Origin: Antedon mediterranea
Taxonomy: Eukaryota > Animalia > Echinodermata
Direction: 5' to 3'
Assembly: GCF_964355755.1 (NCBI RefSeq)
Contig: NC_092672.1
Span: 27,224,437-27,288,436, forward strand
DNA: 64,000 nucleotides
The notes below the pieces were generated by a model. It saw only the letters and a program-made list of their open reading frames with translations, was not told where the DNA came from and did no database searches. Shown in pieces: positions 52,901-62,518 of this stretch (positions are counted from its first letter, which is position 1; every line of letters starts with the position of its first letter). The position numbers and the translations under genes were made by a program.

Positions 52901-53362
52901 TGCAGCTTATAGTGCATTGAACTTCAAGCGATTGATATGTATGTTGCTTAGCAATAGAAAAACATTATCATTCTAAAATAGCTCCTCCATCTTTTATGTG
53001 TTTTGTGTAGATTACTTTATATAATTGTATTTATACCTGTATATACGTTGTTTTAATAGTTGTTTGCTGCTAAAAAAAAGCCAATTTTATTTAAGAACAA
53101 TCTTACACTATTACTATACTCTCATTTAGCAAACAGGAAAAACAGAAATAGACATTTACATTTTAAAAGGATAAAGGTTTTAAGAATTTTCAAATGTGAA
53201 ATTGTTTTATTTCATCATTTAAATTTTCATTTTTGTGTGGGGCATCTTTGTTATTTTTTCATTTTAAATGTTTTGTTGTGTCACTTGAATTATGACATTA
53301 TTTTAAATACATATTTCTTTAATTTCTGCACAGGTTGCACACCATCAATGGGTCAGTCTTAA
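19982..53362 (+). CDS. Chimeric Roco protein: QA-rich repeats - CBP/p300 TAZ1 - KIX - ROC GTPase - COR - basic linker - tandem DED, ~1273 aa. Exons 19982-20489, 24331-24435, 26657-26750, 27200-27317, 27635-27809, 28233-28395, 29067-29173, 38346-38558, 41437-41600, 42839-42928, 46671-46847, 47497-47742, 48164-48352, 48577-48741, 48854-48956, 49920-50125, 50299-50400, 50656-50869, 51186-51260, 51441-51491, 52209-52736, 53334-53362
   Basis: All 21 introns are GT-AG with matching phases. The exons total 3822 nt, one open frame ending in TAA at 53360-53362. An in-frame TGA lies upstream of the ATG and an acceptor at 19876. Domain motifs are listed in the sub-features. Confidence 0.8.
19990..20335 (+). 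repeat. Coding 39-bp minisatellite, ~9 units ([13 protein letters not shown])
   Basis: The unit actcaagctca(g/t)caagctg(c/t)aataggcaaaaa(t)(g/a)aa is repeated in frame directly before TAZ1. Confidence 0.9.
20336..24435 (+). CDS. CBP/p300 TAZ1 (CH1) zinc-finger domain, two exons (to 20489; 24331-24435), part of the chimeric gene
   Basis: [50 protein letters not shown]|[32 protein letters not shown] is near-colinear with CBP TAZ1 ([81 protein letters not shown]). Confidence 0.95.
20690..23090 (+). mobile_element. Degenerate LINE (CR1/L2-group) ORF2 fragments, split by nested insertions
   Basis: RKPWIT...[13 protein letters not shown] at 20740-20980. Frameshifted [50 protein letters not shown] and [12 protein letters not shown] at 22410-22910. 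Confidence 0.75.
20987..22322. mobile_element. Two nested non-autonomous Helentron/HINE-like repeats (outer ~20987-22322, inner ~21601-22281)
   Basis: Internal segments are duplicated (21080-21470 vs 21680-22080). Short subterminal inverted repeats (acctccgcc / ggcagaggt; tacttggcca...tggccaagta) and acaa/aca microsatellites. The same core recurs at 62450-62518 and 63234-63330. Confidence 0.55.
25530..26285. repeat. Intronic minisatellite, 45-46-bp unit, ~16 copies
   Basis: The unit acgtgacaaaacgaggacagaaggaacaaagacacaggacaaaaac is repeated head to tail. Confidence 0.95.
26320..26570 (-). mobile_element. LINE 3' fragment
   Basis: [28 protein letters not shown]...GPILWNSL is the typical C-terminal end of CR1/L2-group ORF2. 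Confidence 0.6.
26657..27809 (+). CDS. CBP/p300 KIX domain, three exons (26657-26750, 27200-27317, 27635-27809), part of the chimeric gene
   Basis: [19 protein letters not shown]|[39 protein letters not shown]|[22 protein letters not shown] compared with CBP KIX [80 protein letters not shown]. Confidence 0.95.
28233..50869 (+). CDS. ROC-COR (Roco GTPase) exons of the chimeric gene
   Basis: [24 protein letters not shown]-loop [11 protein letters not shown]2-like ITDAI, G3 [12 protein letters not shown]4 [12 protein letters not shown] motifs [28 protein letters not shown] and YLPDDLFQR. Confidence 0.88.
31027..33380 (+). mobile_element. 5'-truncated LINE (CR1/L2-group) with endonuclease tail, frameshifted RT and 3' UTR, in a Roco intron
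   Basis: [10 protein letters not shown]...SDH, KAGGPDG, RPISLT, QFG, DFSKAF, GVPQG, KYVDD and RPVLEYA..WH across three ORFs joined by two frameshifts. AATAAA plus an (AT)n tail near 33360. Possible imperfect TSD tacctaggt (31020) / tacctaagt (33382). Confidence 0.9.
34020..34960 (+). mobile_element. Degenerate 3' fragment of a related LINE
   Basis: [22 protein letters not shown] and [13 protein letters not shown], with frameshifts. The 3' UTR has aattcagc...gctgc as in the 31-33 kb copy. Confidence 0.8.
36320..37770. repeat. Intronic tandem repeat, ~97-bp unit, ~15 copies
   Basis: Unit actggtgccaaattgggtccac(t/g)tgagcacagtgtattaacatac...atatcactgtgctcc. Confidence 0.95.
43143..43627. mobile_element. 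MITE (PIF/Harbinger-like) with ~50-bp TIRs and AAT TSD
   Basis: agagaggtttcgcaatcttacgaatacgataacgaaaacggatacgtca / tgacgtatccgttttcgttatcgtattcgtaaggttgcgaaacctccct, with AAT on both flanks. Confidence 0.85.
44400..45450 (-). mobile_element. Degenerate LINE RT 3' half
   Basis: [37 protein letters not shown] and [12 protein letters not shown] on the minus strand, with frameshifts. Confidence 0.75.
49090..49310 (+). mobile_element. tRNA-derived SINE
   Basis: A-box-like gtggtctattggttagg, B-box-like ggttccagtcttgg, a tRNA-sized head and an (AT)n tail at ~49275-49300. The cloverleaf is degenerate. Confidence 0.6.
52209..52736 (+). CDS. Tandem death-effector-domain exon of the chimeric gene
   Basis: FVQIK...[18 protein letters not shown]...[21 protein letters not shown], and [24 protein letters not shown]...[18 protein letters not shown]...L, which fits the DED pattern (R..L..I.EEL...DL..LKF...F..LE....I...NL..L). 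Phase 1-1 exon. Confidence 0.8.
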
Positions 53363-53514
53363 GACACAAAGGGTGACTTTTAACCTAAATGAAGACAGAA
53401 TTTATACATGTGTTAAAAGAGGAAAATGAGATGAACTTCATTAATAAATCAGCATGTTATATATGACAACTTGAATTTCGCTCAACATAAAGATTAATTG
53501 AGTATGTTGGCTTA

Positions 53515-54390
53515 ATTCATCCAACTGGTCAGTTTGATGAAGCATTTAGCACACTAAACCTGCTCAATCTATTAACGGACAGAGATCATCTGACAAAGGA
53601 GGACTACACTTTGCTCTATGAAACCATAAAAGCAACATAACTCTTCGGATTGGCAACAACAATTCAAGAGGAAATTGGAGCATTCTCAAACATTTGAGCT
53701 ATTAGCTTTTCACAATTGGCTCCTCACAGATGGATGTTGGTCAAATTTAGTTACAAACTGACCGAGAAAGATGTAAAATCAATGAAGAGCTTTCTTAATG
53801 CGGCCACGGTTTATGAAGATAAATGGCATTTTATCATGGATCTTGAGGCAAGAGGCGTAATCCGTGAGCAAGATATGCAACCATTTATTGATAATTTGAA
53901 GGTACTAAAACTTACAGGACCTATGACAGTTATTTAGAAGGTAATATTATGTACTATTTTCATAAAAAAATGTTGGTGAAACAAAAATTACAAATTCTTC
54001 TTGATAATTTGTTCTGCTCAACAAGTCAAGTCAAGTATGTGCAATTGTTTCATTTCTTCAACAACATTGACATCTCTGTGTGGAGCCTCTTTTTCAATTT
54101 GTTTTGTCTCTTTTTATAATTATAAAATTGTTCAACAACCGTGTGAAAGATCTCTGATAGCTGTTACAAGAAAGTTTGTTTGTTTACATTATTCTTTAAC
54201 ATCAAATTCAGCGAATTAAACATTTTTTAATCATAAATCGTTTCTTTATTTTCTGAACAGGTTGCACATCACCACATGATTAGACTCAGGACAAATAGTG
54301 ATTCTTAACTTAAATGAAGACAGATATGCACATGTGTGGACGATGAGATGAACTTCAACAATAAATCTGGGTTAATATGACAATCCGAAT
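53515..54390 (+). pseudogene. Degenerate tandem duplicate of the DED exon and terminal exon/3' UTR
   Basis: 53515-53939 aligns to 52310-52736 with an in-frame TAA (53638-53640), a TGA (~53695) and an extra base before the donor. 54261-54390 aligns to 53334-53480. Confidence 0.85.
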
Positions 54391-57180
54391 CCGTGATGTT
54401 CATAGATTTGAAATAGATGTTTAAGAGGGTGTCAATTTAAAAGTGGGTTTGGATCAACCATTGATGTATAAGGGATATTTTTGTAAGTGCTGAAATGGTG
54501 CTATGGTGTCGGGTGAATGGGGTAGGGTAGGATGTTGTTCAACATGGGATGGACTGGGTGTTGGACTAAAGGAAAGCTGGCTTAAAAAATATGAATTAGG
54601 TTATATTATAAGGGGAGGGTACTGGGGGTTGGAACGTTGGTATGATTCTAAGGATTTGATATGCAGCTATTTTATAAAAAAAGAGGAGGGGATGAACTTT
54701 TTTATAAGATGAGCTGGAGTTACAATTATAAAGGGACCATCAGCATGGAGTTTTTTATAAAAAGAGTTGGTGCAATTGTCTGTATTATTTTATTTTACAC
54801 GGGGAACTCACTGAAACATTGATTTTTGCTATTTACTAAGGCAAAAGGACAAAGTACGATTCCAAAATTGCTTAATGTATAAATAATATTTTTTATATTT
54901 TTATAGTTCAAAATTTGGTATTATTGTATAGATAATAAAATGTGCAATATAATTTATTTTGTACAATCTGTTATTATGTATGTATTATGTTTAAGTGATT
55001 TAGTAGTTTCCAAGACTGACTGATTTTACGCTGTTCCGCTGTAAAGTCCTGTGATTCCTACTGTAATCCTTGCAATTTCTTTAGTTTTTCTAAATATGTG
55101 TGTGTTTTTATTTATTTTTTTTATCTTATTTTTTTTTTTTTTTATCTTATGTGGGTTCATCCCACTTTTATTTCCATACCACTGTTCTCTTTACATATAT
55201 TTTTCACTATACACTATACATATCATTATATTTACAATGTTTGTTTAATCATCTGTATACATATACTTATTTAAAGAGTTTTATTCATTTGTTTACATAT
55301 TATCACATTGATTACATAGCTTCCTCTTTTTAAACATATTATCTGTAACACATTTTCATTAACAAGCTTATTTTTTTCTTACATAGTTGTTTTTGATTTT
55401 TTCATCTACCACATTTTCATTTAACAATGCATATTCTCTGTTAAACTCATTACTTACTAAATGTTTACTGTTAACATAATATTGTTCTCATCCTTTAACA
55501 TTAATATTAATATTTTTGTTCTTTAATGTTTACAAAACTTTTATTTCCAGCAGATCCTTTTTTGCATCTATAACTTCTTAAATTTTCATTTAACTTTTTT
55601 ACTTTCTTCTCTTATGTGGATTCATTCCACTTTTTTTTTACTTATTTTAGTAGTAAAAGAGGTACTTCAGACCCGACCTTGGTTTGACCTTGGTGTATTT
55701 CCTGATTACGTAATATCCGCCAGGTGTTTCTAATGAAGGTCGTTTTCGCCAGGTGTTTCTAATGAAGGTCGTTTCCGGCAGGTGTTTCTAATGAAGGTCG
55801 TTCATATTTTTCGCAAGGGAGTTGTGTAGGTATAATAATTAGCGATGATGAGGATACTGTTGTTGTTCCAGGCAGTGATATAGATGATCGTTACACGGAT
55901 AGTCAGTCGTGGTTATAACAATGGTTAACAATGGGGATAGTATAAGACAATAGAGTATATCATTTCACTAGAATTGTTATATAGATTTGTTATATATTAA
56001 TATACATTATAATATAAAATTAATAAATATTAAATAAAAATGATATGGTAATTTAGTTGCTTGTGATGAGAACAAAATGGTTTACATGGTTGAAGTCAAT
56101 AGATGTTATGTTTCGGATTATAATACAATGGTTAACATAGGGTAAGGAAGTGAGACAATATAGTTTTTGTAAGATTTGAATTAGTCAGAGTCAATAAAGA
56201 TGCACCTGGTTAATTAAAACTAGTTAATTGAGGTTTTTGCTTGATGTATGCCGACATAATCCAAAGACATAAGTTATTTGATCCGGATATTATAACAATG
56301 ACTAAAACAAAAAGATAAGAATGAATGAAGTTAAATAATAAGTATGTCTTGATTGAACTATACCGACAGGTAATTAACCATCTTCCGGATTTGTTAACAA
56401 AGGGTATAAATCGAAAGCAGTGACACGGGGTGTTTGACATACTAAAGTTTAATGTGTGACGTCATGATGTTAGTTTCACTATTTTTCATGATTTTTGTTT
56501 TCCAATGTTTAGTTTTATTTTCATTTAAATTGGTTACGTTTACGAAAAGATTTCTTTGTTTCCTTTTAAAATAAAACACAATGGTTGAAGTCAATAGGTG
56601 TTATGTTTCGGATATAATATTACAATGGTTAACATTGGGTAAGGAAGTAAAAGATTGTTGTAAGATTTGAATTAGTCATGTACTTGGCGGTATTTTTAAA
56701 AAGGGGTACAATAAAAGATGCTCCTGGTTTAATTAAAACAACGTAACAACATAAGTTAATTTGATCAGGATATTATAACAATGACTAAAACAAAAAGTTA
56801 AGAGAATTTAGTACAGTTTTCATCAGTATGAACTTCTACAAACCAACAGCTGATTACGCCGATTCTAAAATAGATGATAAGGCTAAGGCTAGTATGCAGC
56901 GAGTTATGAGAAAACGGTTTGATCTTTGATGATTTTGGATCGGACATTTTTTAAATTGAATGACATTGGGGAAGCTACTTAATGAAACAAAAGATACACG
57001 ACGCTTCGACACAATGTTCCGACAGGAAATACAACAATGACAATTGGCTGAAACAAATTTAGTAAATGCCGAATGTAATTCTTTGACTGTATATAACTCT
57101 CGATTATTTTGTAATCTTTACCTCATTCTACAACGCTACAGAGCTCGACAAGACAGACCAAAAACCAACAACTAGTTACT

Positions 57181-57909
57181 ATGGGTTCTGTGATTGAAAT
57201 CATTGATCTTACTATGGACTCTGATGTCGAAGAAGATGTTATATATATAAGCAGTGATTCAGAATTTGAAGACGAAGACATACTAGCTATGACTGGTGCC
57301 TATTTTACAGCAGAGGAGGAGGAAGAGATGAGGGAAGAGATGGGGGATATGACGTGTTTAATAGCGATTCAACCCCCACATCCAATGAACGTTGATTTCA
57401 ATAATGTATCTAATACTGAAGAAGACGAACATTATAGATCGAGAATAATTTCTGAAGAGGAGAGGATTGTATACGACGACACGTCATCGGTAGTTGACTA
57501 CCACCTATTTCTGGCAAGAAAAGCCGATGTAGAAGATGATGTAGAAGATGAGGTGTTTGCGGAAGAGTACCTGAACCCTGTGCTGGAGGCGGAGAATAAG
57601 AAAGAAACTACCGAACTTGAGTACAAAGAGATAATGAGAACAATTGAGAAGGTTTTCATAGAAGAATTTATATTCATTCTGAAGGACATGGTTGAACGTT
57701 ATAACTTTCACGGCTCAAGATATGAACAACTCCTAACATTTTTTCGACCAATTCTGGCATTGAAACTTGTGGACAATAGCGCTACCCATTTTGAATGGGC
57801 GCTAAACTACTTTCATTTACGTTGTATAAATGTTGATGCGTTCGCTAAAGCCATAAAGTTGATTACAAATGATTCAGAACTTTTTAATAAGATTCTTTAC
57901 CAATTGTAA
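57181..57909 (+). CDS. Intronless acidic protein, 242 aa, probable Polinton accessory gene with SIM-like motifs
   Basis: Long intact ORF in AT-rich DNA, with a TATA-like tatataa at ~57089 and AATAAA at ~58041. N-terminal VIEIIDLT and VIYISSDSE motifs. Confidence 0.7.
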   Translation: MGSVIEIIDLTMDSDVEEDVIYISSDSEFEDEDILAMTGAYFTAEEEEEMREEMGDMTCLIAIQPPHPMNVDFNNVSNTEEDEHYRSRIISEEERIVYDDTSSVVDYHLFLARKADVEDDVEDEVFAEEYLNPVLEAENKKETTELEYKEIMRTIEKVFIEEFIFILKDMVERYNFHGSRYEQLLTFFRPILALKLVDNSATHFEWALNYFHLRCINVDAFAKAIKLITNDSELFNKILYQL

Positions 57910-58162
57910 TTTGTACAAATTTAAAAAAATATCTTAACACTTTTTTAATTAATGTTACATATTTTTATAATTCTTATTTCTTTTCGGTAAATTTATTATT
58001 ATTATGGTTGTAAATTATATTGAAATAGAATATGTGTTAAAATAAAGGTTGTGGTTTTTCTTTTAATAGCAACAACAACGAAAATGAATTTGATCTTTGC
58101 GTGTTATTTAAGTATTTTATTTATTTTTTAAATTTTCATTTGGGTGAATGAGGGTAATGAGT

Positions 58163-58402
58163 ATGGATGAGTACTTAAGAAAAGTATATTACGATCCTAA
58201 GCATCCTGATAGTTTTGATGGTGTGGACCGACTTTATCAAAATGTAAAATACGATTTAAATATTACCAAGAGACAAGTTCAAGACTGACTGAGCAAGCTA
58301 GATACATATACATTACACAAATCCATTCAACGTAAATTCAAACGAAACTGGGTACTTGTAAGTGTTATTGATGAACAATGGGGAATGGATTTGGAAAAAT
58401 AA
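58163..58402 (+). pseudogene. Polinton retroviral-like integrase, N-terminal remnant
   Basis: MDEYLRKVYYDPKHPDSFDGVDRLYQ...VQD*LSKLDTYTLHKSIQRKFKRNWVLVSVIDEQWGMDL matches the Polinton integrase pattern YYDP..PGSFGG...WL..QD.YTLHK...ID.QW.ADL. It has an internal stop and is truncated. Confidence 0.85.
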
Positions 58403-59818
58403 CGTGTATAAAATTTGATTCAGACAAACTGTTTGACTTTAAATTTCCAAAAATCAAAGGAAGTCAATTTTGAAATAGTTGGTAGCATGGTACAAGGAAT
58501 CGGACTGGAAAAAATAACAACAACTAATCCTAACAAAATAACCCGTAAACCAAAATCTCACTCTCTACCATTCAAAAATGATGTAGCGATTTCTTCAAGC
58601 GGTATTGTCATGAACGTATTGAAAAGAAAATAGTTTTATTGTCAATTTGTCAAGTGTTTTATTTTAATTTCAATTACTGTTGTATTGTATTTAGTTTTAC
58701 CCGTTCATGTTGGCATGATCAATATTTGCTCAAACTCCATTTTATCGTTATGTTTGTAGTATTTTAGAGATTCCCGATCATCGTAATAATGATATAACTA
58801 GAATTCGTAACCGTGTGTTAGATTCCACGCGTATTATATACATATTGTCTTACTTTAATTCCTTCTCTCGTTATTCACCCGATGTAGTTTGATCAAGCAA
58901 TTGTACCTGAGCCTGAAAGGTTAGTTGTTATGGTACAAGGAATCGGCCCGGAAAATAATTTGTTTTCTTTTCTGTTAAATTATTATTATGTTTGTGAATT
59001 GTGTATTGCAATAGATTTGTTTAATGAAATGAAATTAATTAGGCCTATGTTTTGACTTAATTTACTGTCAGTGTAAATTTGTAAAAGTAGTTTTCCTACT
59101 TTAATTCACGGTAAATTTATTTATCGACTTAATTTAATTTGTTTTCTTTTCTGTTGTTGTTAAATGTAATTGCAAACACACATAATAAATGATTGTGATT
59201 ATAAATATTCTGTTTACTTCTTTTAATTTTAAACAGTACAATAGATCTGTAATGTAAAGTTATATTTTATATATAATAAGTAATATTACAAAAATAAACA
59301 TACAAAATGTATAAAGCATAGATTAATTAAATTTAAATACAATTTCTTTATTTCAAAATGAATTTCATTTTCTACGTGTTTTCAATTTTAAATCTTTTAA
59401 GAAAGACACAATACGTACTGCTAAAAAAATAAAACGCACACAAAAGAAAACAAATTTGAGACGCACGATATGTAACGACGGTTTCAATAAAAAGGCATAT
59501 TATAAATGTATTTTTACCAAATTTATAAAGTAAAGGGTTATTATTGAGAAATATACATTTTAGATAAATGATAACACATCTAAAATTAATTAGAGAGATC
59601 AATACAATATGGTGTTCATAATAATTTGTTTTGATGATTAGAGGAAACATCTGAAGACATTCAACAAAAAACAAGCGTTAACACCATACCAGTCACTAAG
59701 AATGCTACTACTCTGAAAAAAACATCTCCCTTCCAGCACAGAAACAAATTCTGAACGAAAATAAAAAATAAAAATAATTAGTAAACGAAACACGCGCATT
59801 ATAAATAAAATGAATAAT

Positions 59819-60244
59819 TTAAGAATATTTGTTAAAATACCCACGAACAAAAAAAGAAAAAAGAAACATACTAACCGATTTATCGTCATTACGAAGTTCA
59901 AATAACGAAAACTTTTCCTTGAAAAATCCACAAGAGACACGTTTTACATTTTTTAACTGCATTTCAGTGTCACATTGTTTCGCAACACATGTACATACAA
60001 CGAGTCCTGTCACAAATCTGCCGACATTTATTTTTTTATCGCTCATCATTTGTTCTAATACATAATACAGCGCTTCCGAAGAAATATCTTTACACAATTC
60101 TAACACATTAAAATTGTTTTCCAACTCTTTACAAGCACGAATAGTACTCTGGAGGATGGGTGAATCCAAAACAATTAACCCCGTCAATTTATATTCAATG
60201 TATGCTAAAACTACTTCCTCTAAATCAACCATAACGCTCGACAA
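59819..60244 (-). CDS. Small intronless Bcl-2-like protein (viral-type)
   Basis: BH4-like LEEVVLAYIEYKL, BH3-like TIRACKELENNF, BH1-like VLEQMMSDKKINVGRFVT (compare ELFRDGVNWGRIVA) and a short hydrophobic tail. BH2 is not obvious. Confidence 0.65.
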   Translation of the reverse strand: MSSVMVDLEEVVLAYIEYKLTGLIVLDSPILQSTIRACKELENNFNVLELCKDISSEALYYVLEQMMSDKKINVGRFVTGLVVCTCVAKQCDTEMQLKNVKRVSCGFFKEKFSLFELRNDDKSVSMFLFSFFVRGYFNKYS

Positions 60245-60914
60245 AACAAATGATAATGGATGTAATTACCAAGAAAGTTACAACTTAAAACATTTATTTT
60301 TGTTTTTAAAAAGAAGTTGTAACATAGAAACTAATTTTGTCAGGAAATGTGTTTTTATTATTTATGTGATTTATTTGTGTTTAGAAAGTTACAACATTAA
60401 CATTTAATTTTGTCAAAAAAATGTGAATATACGGAGCCGAATGTAATTTTTAATCCTTAGTATAGTGAAGAGATTTTATAAAAAAAAAAAAAAGAAAAAA
60501 AAAAAAGAGCGAACGGAAACTAATGATTGCAGATTAGCCATATAGAAATGGATTGAAATTGGAAATCCACATGATCAAAGAAAAGAAACCATCGTTCCGA
60601 CAGAAGCTAATGACAATTACAAAGGATGACACAGTTTGAATATAGTAATTACCGTAAAACATAATTAAATGTTGTCAAGATAGTTGTCAAAAATAAATAA
60701 AATATATTATACTGAATTTACTTTGTACATTTATTTAATTTAGGCCGTAATTAGGGTTGTTGTTCATTTATGATTGTGAAAAATATACATACGAATAAAA
60801 CAGCTATATATATATATATAAAAAAAAAAAATAATGATTCAGTGTTATAATTTTATTTACCTGTCATTATGTTCTAATCTAAATTAAATTTATATCATGT
60901 TAGATATATTTTCA

Positions 60915-61690
60915 AGAACATTTGTTACATAAAAATAAATTTGTAAAGAAATTTGTTACATAAGATAAATTTGTTAAGAAGTTTGTTTCATAAAAATATT
61001 TGTGTAGATAAATTTGTTACATGAAAATAAATTTTTCAAAATATTTGTTACATAAAAATAAATTTGTAAAGAAATTCGTTACATAAATTTATTTTTTACA
61101 AGAAGTTTGTAACAGAAAATTATTTTGCTAAGAATTAGTTGCATCAACTGATTTTATCAACCGTATGTAACATAAAGAATTATTTTGTTGAAAAAAATAT
61201 TTTGTCATTCAGTCCATTTGTTCAGTAGGCCTAGTTCGTTTAAGTTTTTAAGAATTATTTGTTTAATATTCTTGTAAATAAGAGAATTTATTTTTAACCT
61301 TTGTAATTATTTTGTAAATATCATTTATGCAATATTTTTGTGTGTAAATATTTGAATTTATTTATACTTTTTGTATGGAAATAATTATACTAATATTAAA
61401 TATCATTATTTGTTTATAAATTTAATTGTGATTATAGATTTATTCTTTATAAGTATGTCGATTAATTTCAGAATCAAAAACTTGTTAAATAAGAAAAAAA
61501 AAATGGTCATGAAATTCGTTAAATAAAAAATTATTTATCAAGAATCTTTTTACATAAATTTTATTTTATCATTAAATTTGTTACATAAACATAATTTGTC
61601 AAGAATCTTTTTGCATAAAATTTATTTTGTCATTAAGTTTGTTCCATAAAAAAAAAATAATTGTTTCATGAATCTTGTTACATTTTTTAA
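60915..61690. repeat. Degenerate AT-rich tandem repeat (atttgttacataaaaataa)
   Basis: The motif recurs many times at 60920-61180 and 61540-61685. Confidence 0.7.
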
Positions 61691-61741
61691 ATTTTTGTTT
61701 TCAACTACTTATATGAAAATTCAAGTTAAGAACGCAGTATA

Positions 61742-61860
61742 ATGACAATGACTGGGCGTTTAGTAACACCTTTCACCGCAGTGATTAGCGGACAGACTTC
61801 CTCCGGTAACTCGGTATTTGTTAACAATCTTTTAGAAAATAATTACTTAAAAAAAAACAA
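61742..61860 (+). pseudogene. Polinton A32-like packaging ATPase, N-terminal remnant
   Basis: RLVTPFTAVISGQTSSGNSVFVNNLLEN matches L..PFT..ISG.T.SGK..FV..LL.N, with the Walker A Lys replaced by Asn. It is truncated by an RTE fragment. Confidence 0.7.
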
Positions 61861-61864
61861 AAAC

Positions 61865-62405
61865 AAGTCGTTTGATGACTTTAGAGATGTCTTTATTGAT
61901 GTGTATTTTGGCGGTTGCATTTGTGTAGATATCTTCCAAGATGGTAATGTATCCTTCTTGTATTCCGATTTCCTCCATGGCATCAAACATTATCTGTGGG
62001 TTCTATCGAGTCAAAGGCCTTCTGGTAATCTATGAATTCAAGACAGACGTTCAGTTGATATTCATTTGACTTTTCAATTAGTTGGTTTACTGCTTGCAGA
62101 TGGTCTATAGTTGAATAGCCCCCTCTGAAGCCTGCTTGTTTCCTGGGCTGGTTTTGGTCCAAGATATATTTCAATCGGTTTTGGATTACTTTGGTGAATA
62201 TTGTGTAAACATGTGACAGAAGGCTGATTGGTCGGTAGTTTTTGATGTCTGCTTTGTCCTCCTTTTTGTGGAGTAGTATGACTTTCGCTTCTTTCCAGCT
62301 TTGTGTTATTTTCTTGGATTGCAGAATCTGGTTAAAAAGTTTGGTAAGTTGGATTACTGCTTCATTACCTCCTGCTTTAATTATGTCCCTTGTTAATTCA
62401 TCAAT
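61865..62405 (-). mobile_element. RTE-clade LINE RT fragment
   Basis: WKEAKVILLHKKEDKADIKNYRPISLLSHVYTIFTKVI...QPRKQAGFRGGYSTIDHL...FIDYQKAFDSIE. Confidence 0.85.
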
Positions 62406-62518
62406 AACCTTTCTGAAATCAAGATTGACTAGAACAATGGTCGAGGAATTTGAAAAGAGATATATTTTTTTAAACTACTCGTATCAAAAAACCTGTACAT
62501 TAAATCAAATTATGTTTT

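Larger units (their letters stand above)
55649..61860 (+). mobile_element. Decayed Polinton/Maverick (adintovirus-like) element
   Basis: Integrase N-terminus at 58163 and packaging-ATPase N-terminus at 61742, plus intronless accessory ORFs. A candidate AGTAGT terminus at 55649 is followed by a 29-bp repeat x3 (55717-55802). Boundaries are uncertain and no second TIR was seen. Confidence 0.7.
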
